NCBI GenBank assembly: GCA_044507735.1
Contig: JBIQJB010000018.1
Coordinates: forward strand, 1 to 47,182
From: Nitrosopumilales archaeon
Lineage (GTDB): Archaea; Thermoproteota; Nitrososphaeria; Nitrososphaerales; Nitrososphaeraceae
Length of the DNA stretch: 47,182 bases
Direction of reading: 5' to 3'
This document shows positions 28,590 through 39,101 of the stretch, one piece after another. Below the pieces are notes generated by a model. That model ran no database searches and had not been told where the DNA came from. It saw only the letters and a list, made by a program, of their open reading frames with translations. How positions within the stretch are numbered: position 1 is the stretch's first letter; each line of letters starts with the position of its first letter. The position numbers and the translations under genes were made by a program.

Positions 28590-28952
28590 ATGGCTTCCAA
28601 GGGAACCATCATCCTCTCGACATTTCCAAGCGAAGATTCGATTGTTGATGTTGCTAGCAAAGTTGTTACAAACAAACTTTGCGCATGCGTTAATTTCACC
28701 AGGATCCGCTCCATCTATTCGTGGCGCGGCAAGTTGGAAGATCAGCCAGAGTTTATCGCGCTTTTCAAGACTACTGAAAAGTCTATGGGGAAATTAAAGG
28801 CTGAAATTGCTAGGCTTCACCCCTATGAGGTACCTGAAATAGTTGAGCTCAAAATGAGCGATGTCTCAAAGTCTTACCTGTCGTGGCTCATTGAATCAAC
28901 GGATGGGGTAGCGAAGAAGCGCCACGATTCCACCAAGCGACGAAACGCGTAA
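28590..28952 (+). CDS. cutA: Divalent-cation tolerance protein CutA
   Basis: LCACVN, SIYSWRG, FKT and HPYEVPEI. Confidence 0.93.
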   Translation: MASKGTIILSTFPSEDSIVDVASKVVTNKLCACVNFTRIRSIYSWRGKLEDQPEFIALFKTTEKSMGKLKAEIARLHPYEVPEIVELKMSDVSKSYLSWLIESTDGVAKKRHDSTKRRNA

Positions 28953-29963
28953 GCCAATGTCTGTGGACGTGTCCACTGCAAACGTCTTTGCGCCATAGCT
29001 CTCGATTGAGTTGAGCAGCTTGACAACCTGTTCTTCGTCGGCGGTCTTAAAGATCGAATCAGAGAACACTACTGATTCGACTGCCTTCAATGCACCCGCC
29101 TGCGACACTTCATCCATCCCCATCGCAAATTTCTGCTCTCCTCTGTTGATCATCAGCATCACTCTATCGAGGATTGAAGACACCGACGCAAGCTTGCTTG
29201 CGCTCATGGCCTCCTTCATTGCCGGAGAGCGGAGGAATACGAAAATGCCATCCTCACCAGCGACGTCAACACCGTCTACCACCTGCACTCTGTCTTTTGG
29301 GACCTCTTGCCTCGCAATGAGTGCATTGAAAAACCTTTTTCTTGTTTCTCCAGGACCAAATATGATCACCTTGTCGTTATCGCCTATTATGGAAGAAACG
29401 GTCCGGGCAATATCTGTGAAATAGACTTCGATGTTAGGGTTGTTCTTTGTCTGGTAGCGCTTGCCACTCTGTCCAGAGTAGATGTTGGGTATGACCTTGA
29501 CGTGCGTGCCTGAAACTCTTGCCACTGCCGCTTCTTGGGTGTCTATCGCAACAAGGATAAAGCTGCCGGTGCTGCCGCCTGCTCTGTTTAGCAACCTGAG
29601 CTCGATTTCTCGCCACTTTCTTCCTTTATCTATTGTGATGGAATCGCCCGGCTGCACAGATAATGAATGATGTGTGCCCTTAGTAACTAACTCGTTATCC
29701 GTCTCGGTAATCACGCCAGAAATGCGGAGCCTGTCAACCGCTGCATCGAGTTCGATCTTCTCGACTCTGAGCACGACACGCACTTTGACCCTCTCTCCCT
29801 TGTCTGGCCTGCCATACTCCTTCACCTGCTTTATTACACGGGTCGTATCTGCGATTATGCTGTCGTCTTTTTCCACAATTCTCCTGAGTGTGAATAGATC
29901 GTCCGCATCCTCGGGGATTACAAAAAATACGTTGGCTGACGAGCTACTTGGCTTAACTATCAT
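28896..29963 (-). CDS. pelA: Ribosome rescue factor Pelota
   Basis: PEDADDL, RLRISG, GTHH, GPG and C-terminal LGGIVALLRY. Confidence 0.93.
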   Translation of the reverse strand: MIVKPSSSSANVFFVIPEDADDLFTLRRIVEKDDSIIADTTRVIKQVKEYGRPDKGERVKVRVVLRVEKIELDAAVDRLRISGVITETDNELVTKGTHHSLSVQPGDSITIDKGRKWREIELRLLNRAGGSTGSFILVAIDTQEAAVARVSGTHVKVIPNIYSGQSGKRYQTKNNPNIEVYFTDIARTVSSIIGDNDKVIIFGPGETRKRFFNALIARQEVPKDRVQVVDGVDVAGEDGIFVFLRSPAMKEAMSASKLASVSSILDRVMLMINRGEQKFAMGMDEVSQAGALKAVESVVFSDSIFKTADEEQVVKLLNSIESYGAKTFAVDTSTDIGLRVSSLGGIVALLRYPIR

Positions 29964-30427
29964 GCTGTCTTTTCGCTTGCGGCTACCGCAGACGGATCTT
30001 CACTACCGTCCTGGTTCTGAACTGACTTGAGATAGTTGTCAACCCATTCTTGAGTTAACACGCCAGATTCTACTAGGTTGACTAGTGCATTTGGAGAAGC
30101 AAACCCCTGCACTTTGCCGAGCCGCCTACGCGTTTGCCTCCACTTCAGCTGAGTATTGCCACTCTTTGAAGAATAAATTATGCCAAGAATCTCTTTTGCA
30201 TTTACAAATGTCATTTCTCTTATTTTTTTCAGCGTTACCTTGTCTGCCGCTTCGATGTATATCGCACCCGGTCCTTCTTCGCGCTCTGGGAAGACTTCAT
30301 AGTCACGCAGGTAGCTCTCAGGTATGAACGACCTACAGGTGCTTACAATGATAAACTTTCTAAAACTCTCTAGCGAAGCCGTAGTCTCTATCTGAACCAA
30401 GGTAGCTATTAAAGTGTCATTAGCCAT
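29960..30427 (-). CDS. Conserved hypothetical protein
   Basis: 155-aa ORF, ATGA-coupled to pelota. Confidence 0.8.
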   Translation of the reverse strand: MANDTLIATLVQIETTASLESFRKFIIVSTCRSFIPESYLRDYEVFPEREEGPGAIYIEAADKVTLKKIREMTFVNAKEILGIIYSSKSGNTQLKWRQTRRRLGKVQGFASPNALVNLVESGVLTQEWVDNYLKSVQNQDGSEDPSAVAASEKTA

Positions 30428-30560
30428 TTATCAAGCTTGTGAGAAGGATTGACAGAGTAGGTGGACAAACTCCTTACTCAAGATCCTCCTCACTATGTCA
30501 GTAGGGCTAGTCTAGTCATCGTTTGTCCACATCAAAAATGGGGCACATTGACATAAAAAT

Positions 30561-31025
30561 CTACGAACAACACTTGCCTTTTGGAATTGCGTGTCCATGC
30601 GGACACTTTCTTGGGTGTTTTAACAGGGTGCACAACGCATCGGTAAAAATGTCCTTCATGTGGTGTTCGATGCCGCAGACCATTTCTTCGTCGATCTCTA
30701 TTTTCAGCGCGTCCTTCATCAGGACTTCTAGGAGTCTTGTATTGCGCATCATCTGCTTGCCGATGTGCTCGCCTTCAGGTGTCATCTCTACACTGCCTTT
30801 GCTGTAACGCACGAGCTTGGAGTCATTTAGCTTGCGGAGCATTTGCACTACAGACGGCTGGGTTACATCAAGAAGCTTTGCAATCGAGCTGACCTTGACC
30901 TCCTCGCCCCTTTCGCCGATATACCATATCGCTTTCAGGTACATTTCAACATGCTCCGACTCGGCGGTACCTACGAAAAGCTCTTCATCGCCAGAAGGTC
31001 TCTTCTTTGTAAGGGCAGACTCCAC
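30561..31025 (-). CDS. DtxR-family metal-dependent regulator (Idr/SirR-like)
   Basis: EMYLKAIW, VTQPSVVQML, RLLE, CGIEHH and CPHG. Confidence 0.92.
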   Translation of the reverse strand: MESALTKKRPSGDEELFVGTAESEHVEMYLKAIWYIGERGEEVKVSSIAKLLDVTQPSVVQMLRKLNDSKLVRYSKGSVEMTPEGEHIGKQMMRNTRLLEVLMKDALKIEIDEEMVCGIEHHMKDIFTDALCTLLKHPRKCPHGHAIPKGKCCS

Positions 31026-31085
31026 GACAATCCTAAGTTCTCGCCAAACGCTATTAACCTTATCTCTGCGCGTATAACGCCGTTT

Positions 31086-31862
31086 TTAGCGTGACTTTTT
31101 CCTCCCGTACAATGAGGAATCATCCCACAGGTACTGGAAGTATCCCTTTGCAAAGCTTGCGAGACCCGCGTGGTCTGCCCAAATAGCTATTGGCTCCATT
31201 GCGTTGCTTCCTTCACCAAGCAATATGACCACGTGCCTCCCATCCCCAATCACGCCTCCGCCGAAGAGGCCCTCTCTCTGCCTAACTTCTGAAACTCTGC
31301 TTAGTGTCTTTATGACCTCTGAATTGATCTTGGCAGAAGCAAGGATGTTTATCCTGACTCCTTTATCATGCAGCGTCCTCAGTATGGGTTGGACCGGCCT
31401 TGCAAGGTTCTCCGCGACGTAGGGGAGGGCCACCAACAGTTCCTGCTGCGTGTTCTGGATCACGTCATTTACTTTGGTTAAGATGTTTGGCACTCCGCGT
31501 GCAACCCAAATCTCCGGCCTCTCCTTCATACCGCTCTTTGTGTACATTGGCATAAGCTCGTTGGCAATTACGCTCTGGCTCTCGCGAAAATTGTTCTCCT
31601 GGCGCAGCTTCATTGCTTCAAGTGCGCTTGTAGGAGACTTTGGGAAAAAGTTCTGAGGGCGTGAGCTGTCAGACTCTAGCCAGCCCTTCTCTTCCAGGGT
31701 GTTAAGGACTTCGTATATCTTTGAGTACGGAACGCCTGATTTTTTCGAGATATCTGCAGCCGTCATAGAACCTGCCTCAAGTAACGAAAGGTAGACACGT
31801 ATTTCGTAGCTTGTCAAGCCAAGGTTCTCCATGGCCTTCCTTGACCTGTCGCTAATACTCAA
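31086..31862 (-). CDS. TrmB-family transcriptional regulator
   Basis: LGLTSYE..VY..LL, SGVPYSKIYEVL..LEEKG HTH and a C-terminal effector domain. Confidence 0.92.
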   Translation of the reverse strand: MSISDRSRKAMENLGLTSYEIRVYLSLLEAGSMTAADISKKSGVPYSKIYEVLNTLEEKGWLESDSSRPQNFFPKSPTSALEAMKLRQENNFRESQSVIANELMPMYTKSGMKERPEIWVARGVPNILTKVNDVIQNTQQELLVALPYVAENLARPVQPILRTLHDKGVRINILASAKINSEVIKTLSRVSEVRQREGLFGGGVIGDGRHVVILLGEGSNAMEPIAIWADHAGLASFAKGYFQYLWDDSSLYGRKKSR

Positions 31863-32119
31863 CTCCTTTGCAGCTGGTAGCTCGAGCTATATTAAGATGC
31901 TCTGCAGAGATTCTCTCGAGTCTCTTGTCATGCCAGTGATGCGCTTCTAATTGACGGGATTCTTACCTGATTGGTTGCTTGGTGGTTGTCAACTTGACAG
32001 ATTGCTACCCTGAGTAAAGCGCGGTTGAATGACCCTGTCTACTGCTAGTTGGAATTGATGGGCATGCAGCATTTGAGGACGCTCAGCTCTTGACCTGTCC
32101 GCATCAGTATTTGAAGGAA

Positions 32120-32470
32120 CTGGTTGCGCAATCAGAATGTTCTTTTCAAATGGGGTTGTTGGAAGCACTTTACAACGGTCAAGCATATCTGAGTTCTTCT
32201 TTTTGCCTTCTGTTGCCATTCGCCGGGCAGAGCTCACGCGAAACTGCAGAATGCTTGTCTCTATCCAGTATTGGTTTTGGGGCCGCTGACTCTGTGTAGT
32301 TGTTACAAGATTTCACAAAACTTGACAACAATCTCCGGCGGGCGATATGTCGAGATGGATGCGGAACGCGGTTCGCTCCCCAATGCCTCTCAGCTGTTTG
32401 AGCAGCGTCGGGAAAACAATGATTTGCTCTTTCTCAAACGCGTGATCTGTTACCAAATTCGAACTTGTTA
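32120..32470 (-). pseudogene. Possible eroded hemerythrin-like Fe-S repair protein (Ric/YtfE/ScdA) remnant
   Basis: Fragments DHAFEKEQIIVFP (~HxxKEExxLFP), EIL*QLHRVS...FCSFA*AL and HL/KNIL (~HLENNILF), in the expected order. Confidence 0.4.
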
Positions 32471-32617
32471 CTATCATTTGATTATGGTAAGTTGGTTGGG
32501 TTCAATTTAGTCCATGTTGCAGCATTCCAAGCGATATCTTCTTGGAGGACTCACTAAGATCTAGCAATTTCCAAATGATTTGCATGTAGAATTTAACCTA
32601 TTCACCGTAGGAATTAG

Positions 32618-32634
32618 TAGGTTAGCTTTATATA
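32618..32634 (+). promoter_or_regulatory. tes promoter TATA box with overlapping candidate operator
   Basis: TTTATATA at 32627-32634, 34-41 nt upstream of the ATG; overlapped by TAGGTTAGCTTTA. Confidence 0.55.
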
Positions 32635-32667
32635 CAAAATGTAGGCTGTGTCCAATAAGGTAGTACC

Positions 32668-34371
32668 ATGGATCTAATTCAAATTTCGAACATGTCTAGC
32701 AAGAGCATAGGAGCTAGGCGAACAATAAGATTTACTCAAAGCATCTGTCCGGACTGCAACATGATTTTGGATGCTGAGGTCTTTGAAAGAGACGGCAAGG
32801 TCTTTATGACCAAGACATGCCCGACGCACGGTGAGTGCGAAGAACTATACTTTGGCTCGTACGAAATGTACAAGAAGTTCAGCACATACTGGATGGATGG
32901 CAAGGGAGCCCATGCTCCAAACGTAATGATTGACAAGTGCTCATGTCCAAATAACTGCGGGCTCTGCACCAACCATCTTTCACACTCTGGTCTCTCTAAC
33001 ATGATCATTACGAACAGGTGCGACTTGACATGCTGGTACTGCTTCTTCTATGTTAAGAAGGGCCTTGAAGGCGCCTATCTTTACGAACCAAACATGGAGC
33101 AGGTAAGGGCCATGATGAAGACACTCAAGGCGGAAAGACCAATCGCAGGCAACTCGATCCAGATCACCGGCGGCGAGCCGATGCTTCGAGACGATATTAC
33201 TGAGATCATCAAGATCATGAAGGAAGAGGGTGTTGACCACGTCCAGCTAAATACCAATGGCATCAAGTTGGCTATGTCGCCCGACACGATGCGCCAAGTA
33301 AGAATGGCAGGTGTGAGCAACCTCTACTTGTCATTTGATGGCGTAACACCAAGGACAAACCCGAAAAACCACTGGGAAATCCCCTACACGCTGGAATCGG
33401 CGAGAAAGTGTGGGATGACTGTGGTCTTTGTCCCAACGGTAATCAAGTCAATAAATGACCATGAGCTAGGTGGCATCATCAGATACGCGCAAAAGAACCT
33501 TGACGTGGTTCATGCAGTCAACTTCCAGCCAGTTTCCTTGACTGGCAGGATGGGTAAGAAGGAACGCGAGAAATATAGAATTACGATTCCTGACTGCATA
33601 GAGCGAATCGAAGAGCAGACGAACGGTGAGATTCCAAAGGATGCATGGTTCCCAGTTCCATCATGCATGCCTATGACAAACATTATCGAGGCTTTCAGCA
33701 AGAAGCCAAAATACGAACTGTCGATCCATTTCGCATGCGGCGCAGGGACATATGTCTTTGAAGATATGGACACCAAGAAACTGATCCCGCTGACATCGTT
33801 TGTTGATATCAAGGGTGTGCTTGAATACTTTGAAGAAAAGGCCGATGAAATCAAGTCCGGCGCTAACAGGTACTGGGCTATGCTTGAAGTCGTGCGCAAG
33901 CTAAAGCAGTTTGTGAACAAGGAAAAGCAACCTCGCGGCCTCGATCTTGCAAAGATGTTCTCCAGCATACTGTTGAAGCGCAACTTTGACTCAGTAGGCT
34001 CATGGCACGGCAGATCTCTGTTCCTTGGAATGATGCACTTCCAGGACAAATACAATGAAGACCTCGAAAGGCTCCAGAGATGCGACATCCACTATCTGAC
34101 CCCTGACCTCAGAATCATTCCCTTCTGTGCGTTCAACGTCATCCCAGAGTGGTATCGCGACAGAATTCAGAAGAAGTTCAGCATCCCAGTCGAGGAATGG
34201 GAAAAGGCACACGGCCAAACGCTTGAAGCAGGCCTCTACAGAGGTCTTATGAGAAGGGGCAAGCCAGAGGCACAGATGGGCTGCGCATTGTCAGAAATGC
34301 ACAGGGCAGCCGCAGAAGCCTCTGACGACCACAGAGGAATCGAACTCCGCAACAATATGGCAGGCGCGTAA
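32668..34371 (+). CDS. tes: Tetraether lipid synthase / GDGT-macrocyclic archaeol synthase (radical SAM, MJ0619 family)
   Basis: N-terminal CPDC...CPTHG, CPNNCGLC..H, radical SAM CDLTCWYC, QITGGEP, NFQPVS and C-terminal CGAGT / RCDIHY / IPFC cluster ligands. Confidence 0.9.
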   Translation: MDLIQISNMSSKSIGARRTIRFTQSICPDCNMILDAEVFERDGKVFMTKTCPTHGECEELYFGSYEMYKKFSTYWMDGKGAHAPNVMIDKCSCPNNCGLCTNHLSHSGLSNMIITNRCDLTCWYCFFYVKKGLEGAYLYEPNMEQVRAMMKTLKAERPIAGNSIQITGGEPMLRDDITEIIKIMKEEGVDHVQLNTNGIKLAMSPDTMRQVRMAGVSNLYLSFDGVTPRTNPKNHWEIPYTLESARKCGMTVVFVPTVIKSINDHELGGIIRYAQKNLDVVHAVNFQPVSLTGRMGKKEREKYRITIPDCIERIEEQTNGEIPKDAWFPVPSCMPMTNIIEAFSKKPKYELSIHFACGAGTYVFEDMDTKKLIPLTSFVDIKGVLEYFEEKADEIKSGANRYWAMLEVVRKLKQFVNKEKQPRGLDLAKMFSSILLKRNFDSVGSWHGRSLFLGMMHFQDKYNEDLERLQRCDIHYLTPDLRIIPFCAFNVIPEWYRDRIQKKFSIPVEEWEKAHGQTLEAGLYRGLMRRGKPEAQMGCALSEMHRAAAEASDDHRGIELRNNMAGA

Positions 34372-34602
34372 AAGCGCAACCATTTTTCTTCTTTACTAAT
34401 TTGCTGTGGAAACCTGCCCCTCTGCAATGTTTCAACGTCTTGCCATCTTTGCGGATAATCGGGCCTCTTTCAGTTTCTGAATTCAACCTGTGAACCTACA
34501 TATCTGGAAGAAACTCTTGGTCTTCTGGCTAGACGCGCCTAGATCACATATCAAACTTCTCTGCTGTCAAACTTAAATTGAATCGTGTATCATGACTGTG
34601 GC

Positions 34603-36054
34603 ATGAACCTTGAGCAATGGTGCCAGATCGATGAGCGGATTTACGTCGCAGAAAATGACGAGCGCTACAAGCAACATGCCGGTTTACAATACAGTGAAAT
34701 GGTGATAGAGCGTCTGGCCGAGGCGAGATCGATCAATGCGAAGATTTTCCTTGGCTCCTTCTCAGCTCCGAGGGAATTGTTCCTTAGTTCACTTGAAAAC
34801 ATCGCTGATGCTTCGACAAAAAAACTGGAGCTAAAATTGTACAATCTGCGCATTCAAAAGATAGCCTCTTCTAGACACCACTTTGGAAGCGTTGCTGTGA
34901 ACTGGAGCTCGTGGCGCCAATTCAATAGCGCGCAGAAGGATCCTGTCAAACGCAAGCAGGTATTTGATGAATTCATTTCAAAGACAAAGTACATTTCTCC
35001 TGTCATCAAGGAGCGGTTTTCTGAAATGGCCAAGGTCTATTCGCATTACACTTCAAACAAATTGAATCCCCTTGATGGTTACCTAGAAAACGAAAAGATC
35101 TCCTACTCGCACTTGGTTGATTTTGTAAGGTCGATGGGCAACCAGGCTAGAAAGCCGTTTCGTGAAGCACTTGCAGCAATGTCAAAAAAAGTGCTTGGAC
35201 GGCAAGCCGATTACTATGACGACTTTTACTTTTTCCGCAACAGGGTCTATGCCGATGTTGAAAAAGAGTTCGCTGCCGTAGATCCTCCGGAGCAGGTAAA
35301 ACGAACGCTTGAGGTAATGGGGTTCAACTTGTCACCAATTCACTTTGACACCAAAAATAGGAAGAACAAATACCCTTCGCCGGTGTGCTTTTTCGTTCAC
35401 GTGCCTACTGACATACGCGTCTTATACAAGAGTGAAAGTCCATACTTTGATCTTCAGGGATGCTACCACGAAATGGGCCACGCCATGCATGCATCCTCAA
35501 TAAATCCGAATGCTGAATACTGGAACCGTTACTGCTTTTCTATGGGTATTGCAGAGATCTTCTCCCTATTCTTGGAGAGGCTAACAAAGAACAGCAAGTA
35601 CCTGTCATCGTTAGGGATCCGCGACGAACGTATCCTGCAAGAAATCAAGGAAAGGAACAAGTTCATGGAACTCTTTTTTGTCACCTTCTATGTTGCCAAC
35701 TCGCTAATGAAAGCAGAATTCTGGCGGAGGAAACTGTCAATCGAAAAAGCGAGCGAGCTCTATGCCAAGTTGATAAGGGAATACACTGGCCTAGAAATGC
35801 CAGGAGAATACTGGATGCTCCATCACATACTACCTGATGCGATAATGTATGTGCCAAGTTACATGCTGGCCGCCGTCCGTGCTGCGGAGCTTGATAATCA
35901 TTTGCAGGGGAGGTTCGGTGAAGTGTGGTGGAAAGAGCCCGGCGCGGGCCACTACATGCGCGAAATAATGCGGCCGGGGGCGGGAATAGACTTATCTAGG
36001 TTCTCAAGCCTTGACAGTAGTCTTTTCATGAAAGAAATAGCGGGAGCCAGCTGA
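34603..36054 (+). CDS. M3/M32-like (gluzincin) metallopeptidase
   Basis: HEMGH plus downstream AEIFS; YPSP and YVPSY motifs; ATG at 34603 preferred. Confidence 0.75.
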   Translation: MNLEQWCQIDERIYVAENDERYKQHAGLQYSEMVIERLAEARSINAKIFLGSFSAPRELFLSSLENIADASTKKLELKLYNLRIQKIASSRHHFGSVAVNWSSWRQFNSAQKDPVKRKQVFDEFISKTKYISPVIKERFSEMAKVYSHYTSNKLNPLDGYLENEKISYSHLVDFVRSMGNQARKPFREALAAMSKKVLGRQADYYDDFYFFRNRVYADVEKEFAAVDPPEQVKRTLEVMGFNLSPIHFDTKNRKNKYPSPVCFFVHVPTDIRVLYKSESPYFDLQGCYHEMGHAMHASSINPNAEYWNRYCFSMGIAEIFSLFLERLTKNSKYLSSLGIRDERILQEIKERNKFMELFFVTFYVANSLMKAEFWRRKLSIEKASELYAKLIREYTGLEMPGEYWMLHHILPDAIMYVPSYMLAAVRAAELDNHLQGRFGEVWWKEPGAGHYMREIMRPGAGIDLSRFSSLDSSLFMKEIAGAS

Positions 36055-36116
36055 CCTACTGCGAACATTGAAAAGAATCAGAAATAACAAGAACACGTGA
36101 TGGCTATTGGGTAGTC

Positions 36117-36776
36117 CTAAAAGACTACTCCAACTGCCGCCTTCTCTTCCTTTGAGAGCTCGCGATAGCCGTTCTTGTCAATGATTACAACATTGATGTT
36201 GTCGCCAGTGCCAGCATTTCTTCGAATTGCAGCTGCTATTGCCTGCATCGCAACCTTGTATGCCTCGTTCACGCTCATGTTGTCTTTGTATTCAGATTCG
36301 AGATACCCGTATGCAACCGGCGAGCCGCTACCTGTGGAGATGAACTTTTCTGTAGTCAGCGATCCAAAGAGGTCGATATTGTAGATACGACTTCCCTCGT
36401 CCTGGGTATAGCCTGCCATTATGATCTGGACATAGTAGGGAAAGAATCGCTGGTTGAACAGGATGTTTGAGCAGAGCCTCGCAGCAGACTTGACTGGCAA
36501 TGGCTGTTTGCTCTGGAAGCGGTAAAGGTTGGCGTTATATCGCATGGTGTCAACGAGGTTCTGTGCATCTGCGACACCACCAGCAATAGTCATTGCAAGG
36601 TGCTGATCCACCTTTTGGATCTTCATAACATGCCTATCGGCTATAAACAACCCTGCGCTTGCGCGCGTGTCGGCTGCGAGAACCACGCCGTCACTGCATG
36701 TAAGGGCGCAAGTGGTGGTTCCCTTCTTGATCTGATCGGCAATATAATCAGGATATCTGTTGTCCCGGGGATGCAT
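36117..36776 (-). CDS. psmB: Proteasome subunit beta
   Basis: Propeptide-G/TTT N-terminal nucleophile, [15 protein letters not shown] and TGSGS; ATG at 36776 preferred. Confidence 0.95.
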   Translation of the reverse strand: MHPRDNRYPDYIADQIKKGTTTCALTCSDGVVLAADTRASAGLFIADRHVMKIQKVDQHLAMTIAGGVADAQNLVDTMRYNANLYRFQSKQPLPVKSAARLCSNILFNQRFFPYYVQIIMAGYTQDEGSRIYNIDLFGSLTTEKFISTGSGSPVAYGYLESEYKDNMSVNEAYKVAMQAIAAAIRRNAGTGDNINVVIIDKNGYRELSKEEKAAVGVVF

Positions 36777-37039
36777 ATATGGTGTTGACTGAAGCCTTAC
36801 CTGATTTAAAACTATCTGCCTCGCCTGTGAAGCCCGATGACTACGTGAAAACAAGAAGTGGTCATTTCTGCTGTCAGCTGGTGGGACTTGCGATCGTTCC
36901 TAGTAGGGTATGGGGGACACAATCTGAAAGAACCAAAGGTCCTACGCACAGGGAGAATGTACTACATGAACTCGACTTAATCCGAGTCTTTCTGCCTGCT
37001 TATTTTATATTCCCCTTGTGGCATTTTTCTTTTAGCAGC

Positions 37040-38452
37040 TTGCCAAAGACGATATTTGAGAAGATCTGGGACAACCATATTGTATATGAAAAGGAGGGAG
37101 GCCCGTCACTTCTTTACATCGACAGGCACCTTGTCCACGAAGTGACGTCACCACAGGCCTTTGACGGGCTGCGCATGAATGGGAGGCGAGTCAGACGGAC
37201 TGACTTAACTTTTGCGACCATGGATCACAACGTCCCAACAAGCGATAGATCTTTGCCTATCGTAGACCAGATATCGTCAGTGCAGATCCAAACACTTGCG
37301 CAAAACTGCAAGGAATTTGGGATAACACTATTTGACATGCACAGCCCCGATCAGGGTATAGTTCACGTTATTGGACCTGAGCTTGGGCTTACCTTGCCAG
37401 GCACCACTATAGTTTGTGGTGATAGTCACACGTCTACTCATGGCGCATTTGGCGCATTGGCTCTTGGCATTGGTACGAGCGAGGTTGAGCACGTGCTTGC
37501 AACACAGACAATGTGGATGGACAAACCCAAGACTTTTTCGATAAACTTTGAGGGTAGACGGAGGAACCCTCATGCAGTTACCGCCAAGGACATGGTTCTG
37601 TATATGATAAGGACGATAGGGACTGCAGGAGGGACTGGCACTGTTCTTGAATACCGCGGCAGCGCGATATCCGAGCTTTCAATGGAAAACCGGATGACAA
37701 TATGCAACATGTCAATTGAAGCAGGCGCCCGGGCAGGTTTAATGGCACCTGACAGGACTACATTCGACTTTATCAGAGGGAGGCGCTATGCCCCGAAGGG
37801 AGAGCAGTTTGAAAAGGCAGTTGAATACTGGACAAGCCTTAGAACAGACGCAAATGCAAAATTCGACAAGTCTGTTAGCATTGATGTAGGCGCGCTTGCG
37901 CCGCAGGTTAGCTGGGGAACAAACCCCGGGATGATAGTCAATATCACGGAGTCGGTCCCCCACCCTGACGAGTTTGCAAAGGGGAATGAGAACGAGTACA
38001 AGGCCGCACTTCGCGCCTTGGAATACATGGCTCTTAAGCCCGGTACCCCGATGACAGACATCAAGGTTGATAGAGTCTTTATCGGCTCGTGCACAAATTC
38101 GAGGCTTGAGGACTTGATTGAGGCGTCGATAGTTGTAAAGGGGAGGAAGGTTTCTCCAAACGTGCGAGCGATGGTAGTGCCAGGCTCTCAACAGGTCAAG
38201 GTTGCGGCAGAAAAACTAGGCATCGACAAGGTATTCAAGGATGCAGGCTTTGAATGGCGCGAATCTGGATGCAGCATGTGCCTTGGAATGAACCCTGACA
38301 TACTTGCTCCCGGTGAGCGTTGCGCAAGCACATCAAACCGCAACTTTGAGGGGCGGCAGGGTTCGGGCGGAAGGACTCACCTAGTCAGCCCTGTAATGGC
38401 AGCAGCTGCCGCGATAGAGGGACACTTCGTAGATGTGAGGGAGTGGCTCTAG
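37040..38452 (+). CDS. leuC: 3-isopropylmalate dehydratase large subunit
   Basis: [29 protein letters not shown] and [12 protein letters not shown]; TTG start at 37040. Confidence 0.96.
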   Translation: MPKTIFEKIWDNHIVYEKEGGPSLLYIDRHLVHEVTSPQAFDGLRMNGRRVRRTDLTFATMDHNVPTSDRSLPIVDQISSVQIQTLAQNCKEFGITLFDMHSPDQGIVHVIGPELGLTLPGTTIVCGDSHTSTHGAFGALALGIGTSEVEHVLATQTMWMDKPKTFSINFEGRRRNPHAVTAKDMVLYMIRTIGTAGGTGTVLEYRGSAISELSMENRMTICNMSIEAGARAGLMAPDRTTFDFIRGRRYAPKGEQFEKAVEYWTSLRTDANAKFDKSVSIDVGALAPQVSWGTNPGMIVNITESVPHPDEFAKGNENEYKAALRALEYMALKPGTPMTDIKVDRVFIGSCTNSRLEDLIEASIVVKGRKVSPNVRAMVVPGSQQVKVAAEKLGIDKVFKDAGFEWRESGCSMCLGMNPDILAPGERCASTSNRNFEGRQGSGGRTHLVSPVMAAAAAIEGHFVDVREWL

Positions 38453-38455
38453 AAG

Positions 38456-39058
38456 TTGGAACCCTTCACTGTGATCAAGAGCAAGGCCACGCCACTTGAC
38501 AGGGTCAATGTTGACACTGACCAGATTGTGCCAAAGCAGTTCCTGAAACTGATTAACAGGACTGGCTTTGGAAAGTACCTCTTTTACGACTGGCGCTTTG
38601 ATAGAGATGGCAAGCCAAAAAGCGACTTCGTACTAAACAATCCAAAATATGCAGGTCGGCAGATCCTGCTTACACGGGACAACTTTGGTAGTGGAAGCTC
38701 GCGCGAGCACGCCGCTTGGGCAATACTCGACTATGGCTTTCGAGCAATAATCGCACCTTCATTTGCAGACATTTTCTACAATAACTGCTTCAAGAACGGG
38801 ATACTCCCTGTACGGCTCAAGCCTGATGAGGTGGACTATTTGTTCAAAAACGAAGATCTGGAAATCGAGATCGACCTAGCAAAGCAGAATGTTACGATCC
38901 AAGGTGGCGACCGCCGGATGTATTTTGAAATTGACGAGTTCCGGAAAAAGCTTTTGTTGGAGGGCTTGGACAGCATAGGGCTTACATTACAGCTCGAAGA
39001 GCACATTGCAAACTATGAAAGGAACAAGCTGAAGTTCTTGCCTTCTTCTCAGACTTGA
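38456..39058 (+). CDS. leuD: 3-isopropylmalate dehydratase small subunit
   Basis: NVDTDQIVPKQFL, NFGSGSSREHA and SFADIFYNN. Confidence 0.96.
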   Translation: MEPFTVIKSKATPLDRVNVDTDQIVPKQFLKLINRTGFGKYLFYDWRFDRDGKPKSDFVLNNPKYAGRQILLTRDNFGSGSSREHAAWAILDYGFRAIIAPSFADIFYNNCFKNGILPVRLKPDEVDYLFKNEDLEIEIDLAKQNVTIQGGDRRMYFEIDEFRKKLLLEGLDSIGLTLQLEEHIANYERNKLKFLPSSQT

Positions 39059-39101
39059 CAAGATTTTTATCCCAAGCCCATTTGAGCAAAAGTGAAGGCA
39101 A

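Noticed and set aside
36779-37039. 87-aa N-terminal extension of LeuC in the ORF track
   Set aside because: LeuC homology starts at the TTG at 37040; the extension runs through the divergent psmB/leuC promoter region and looks non-coding
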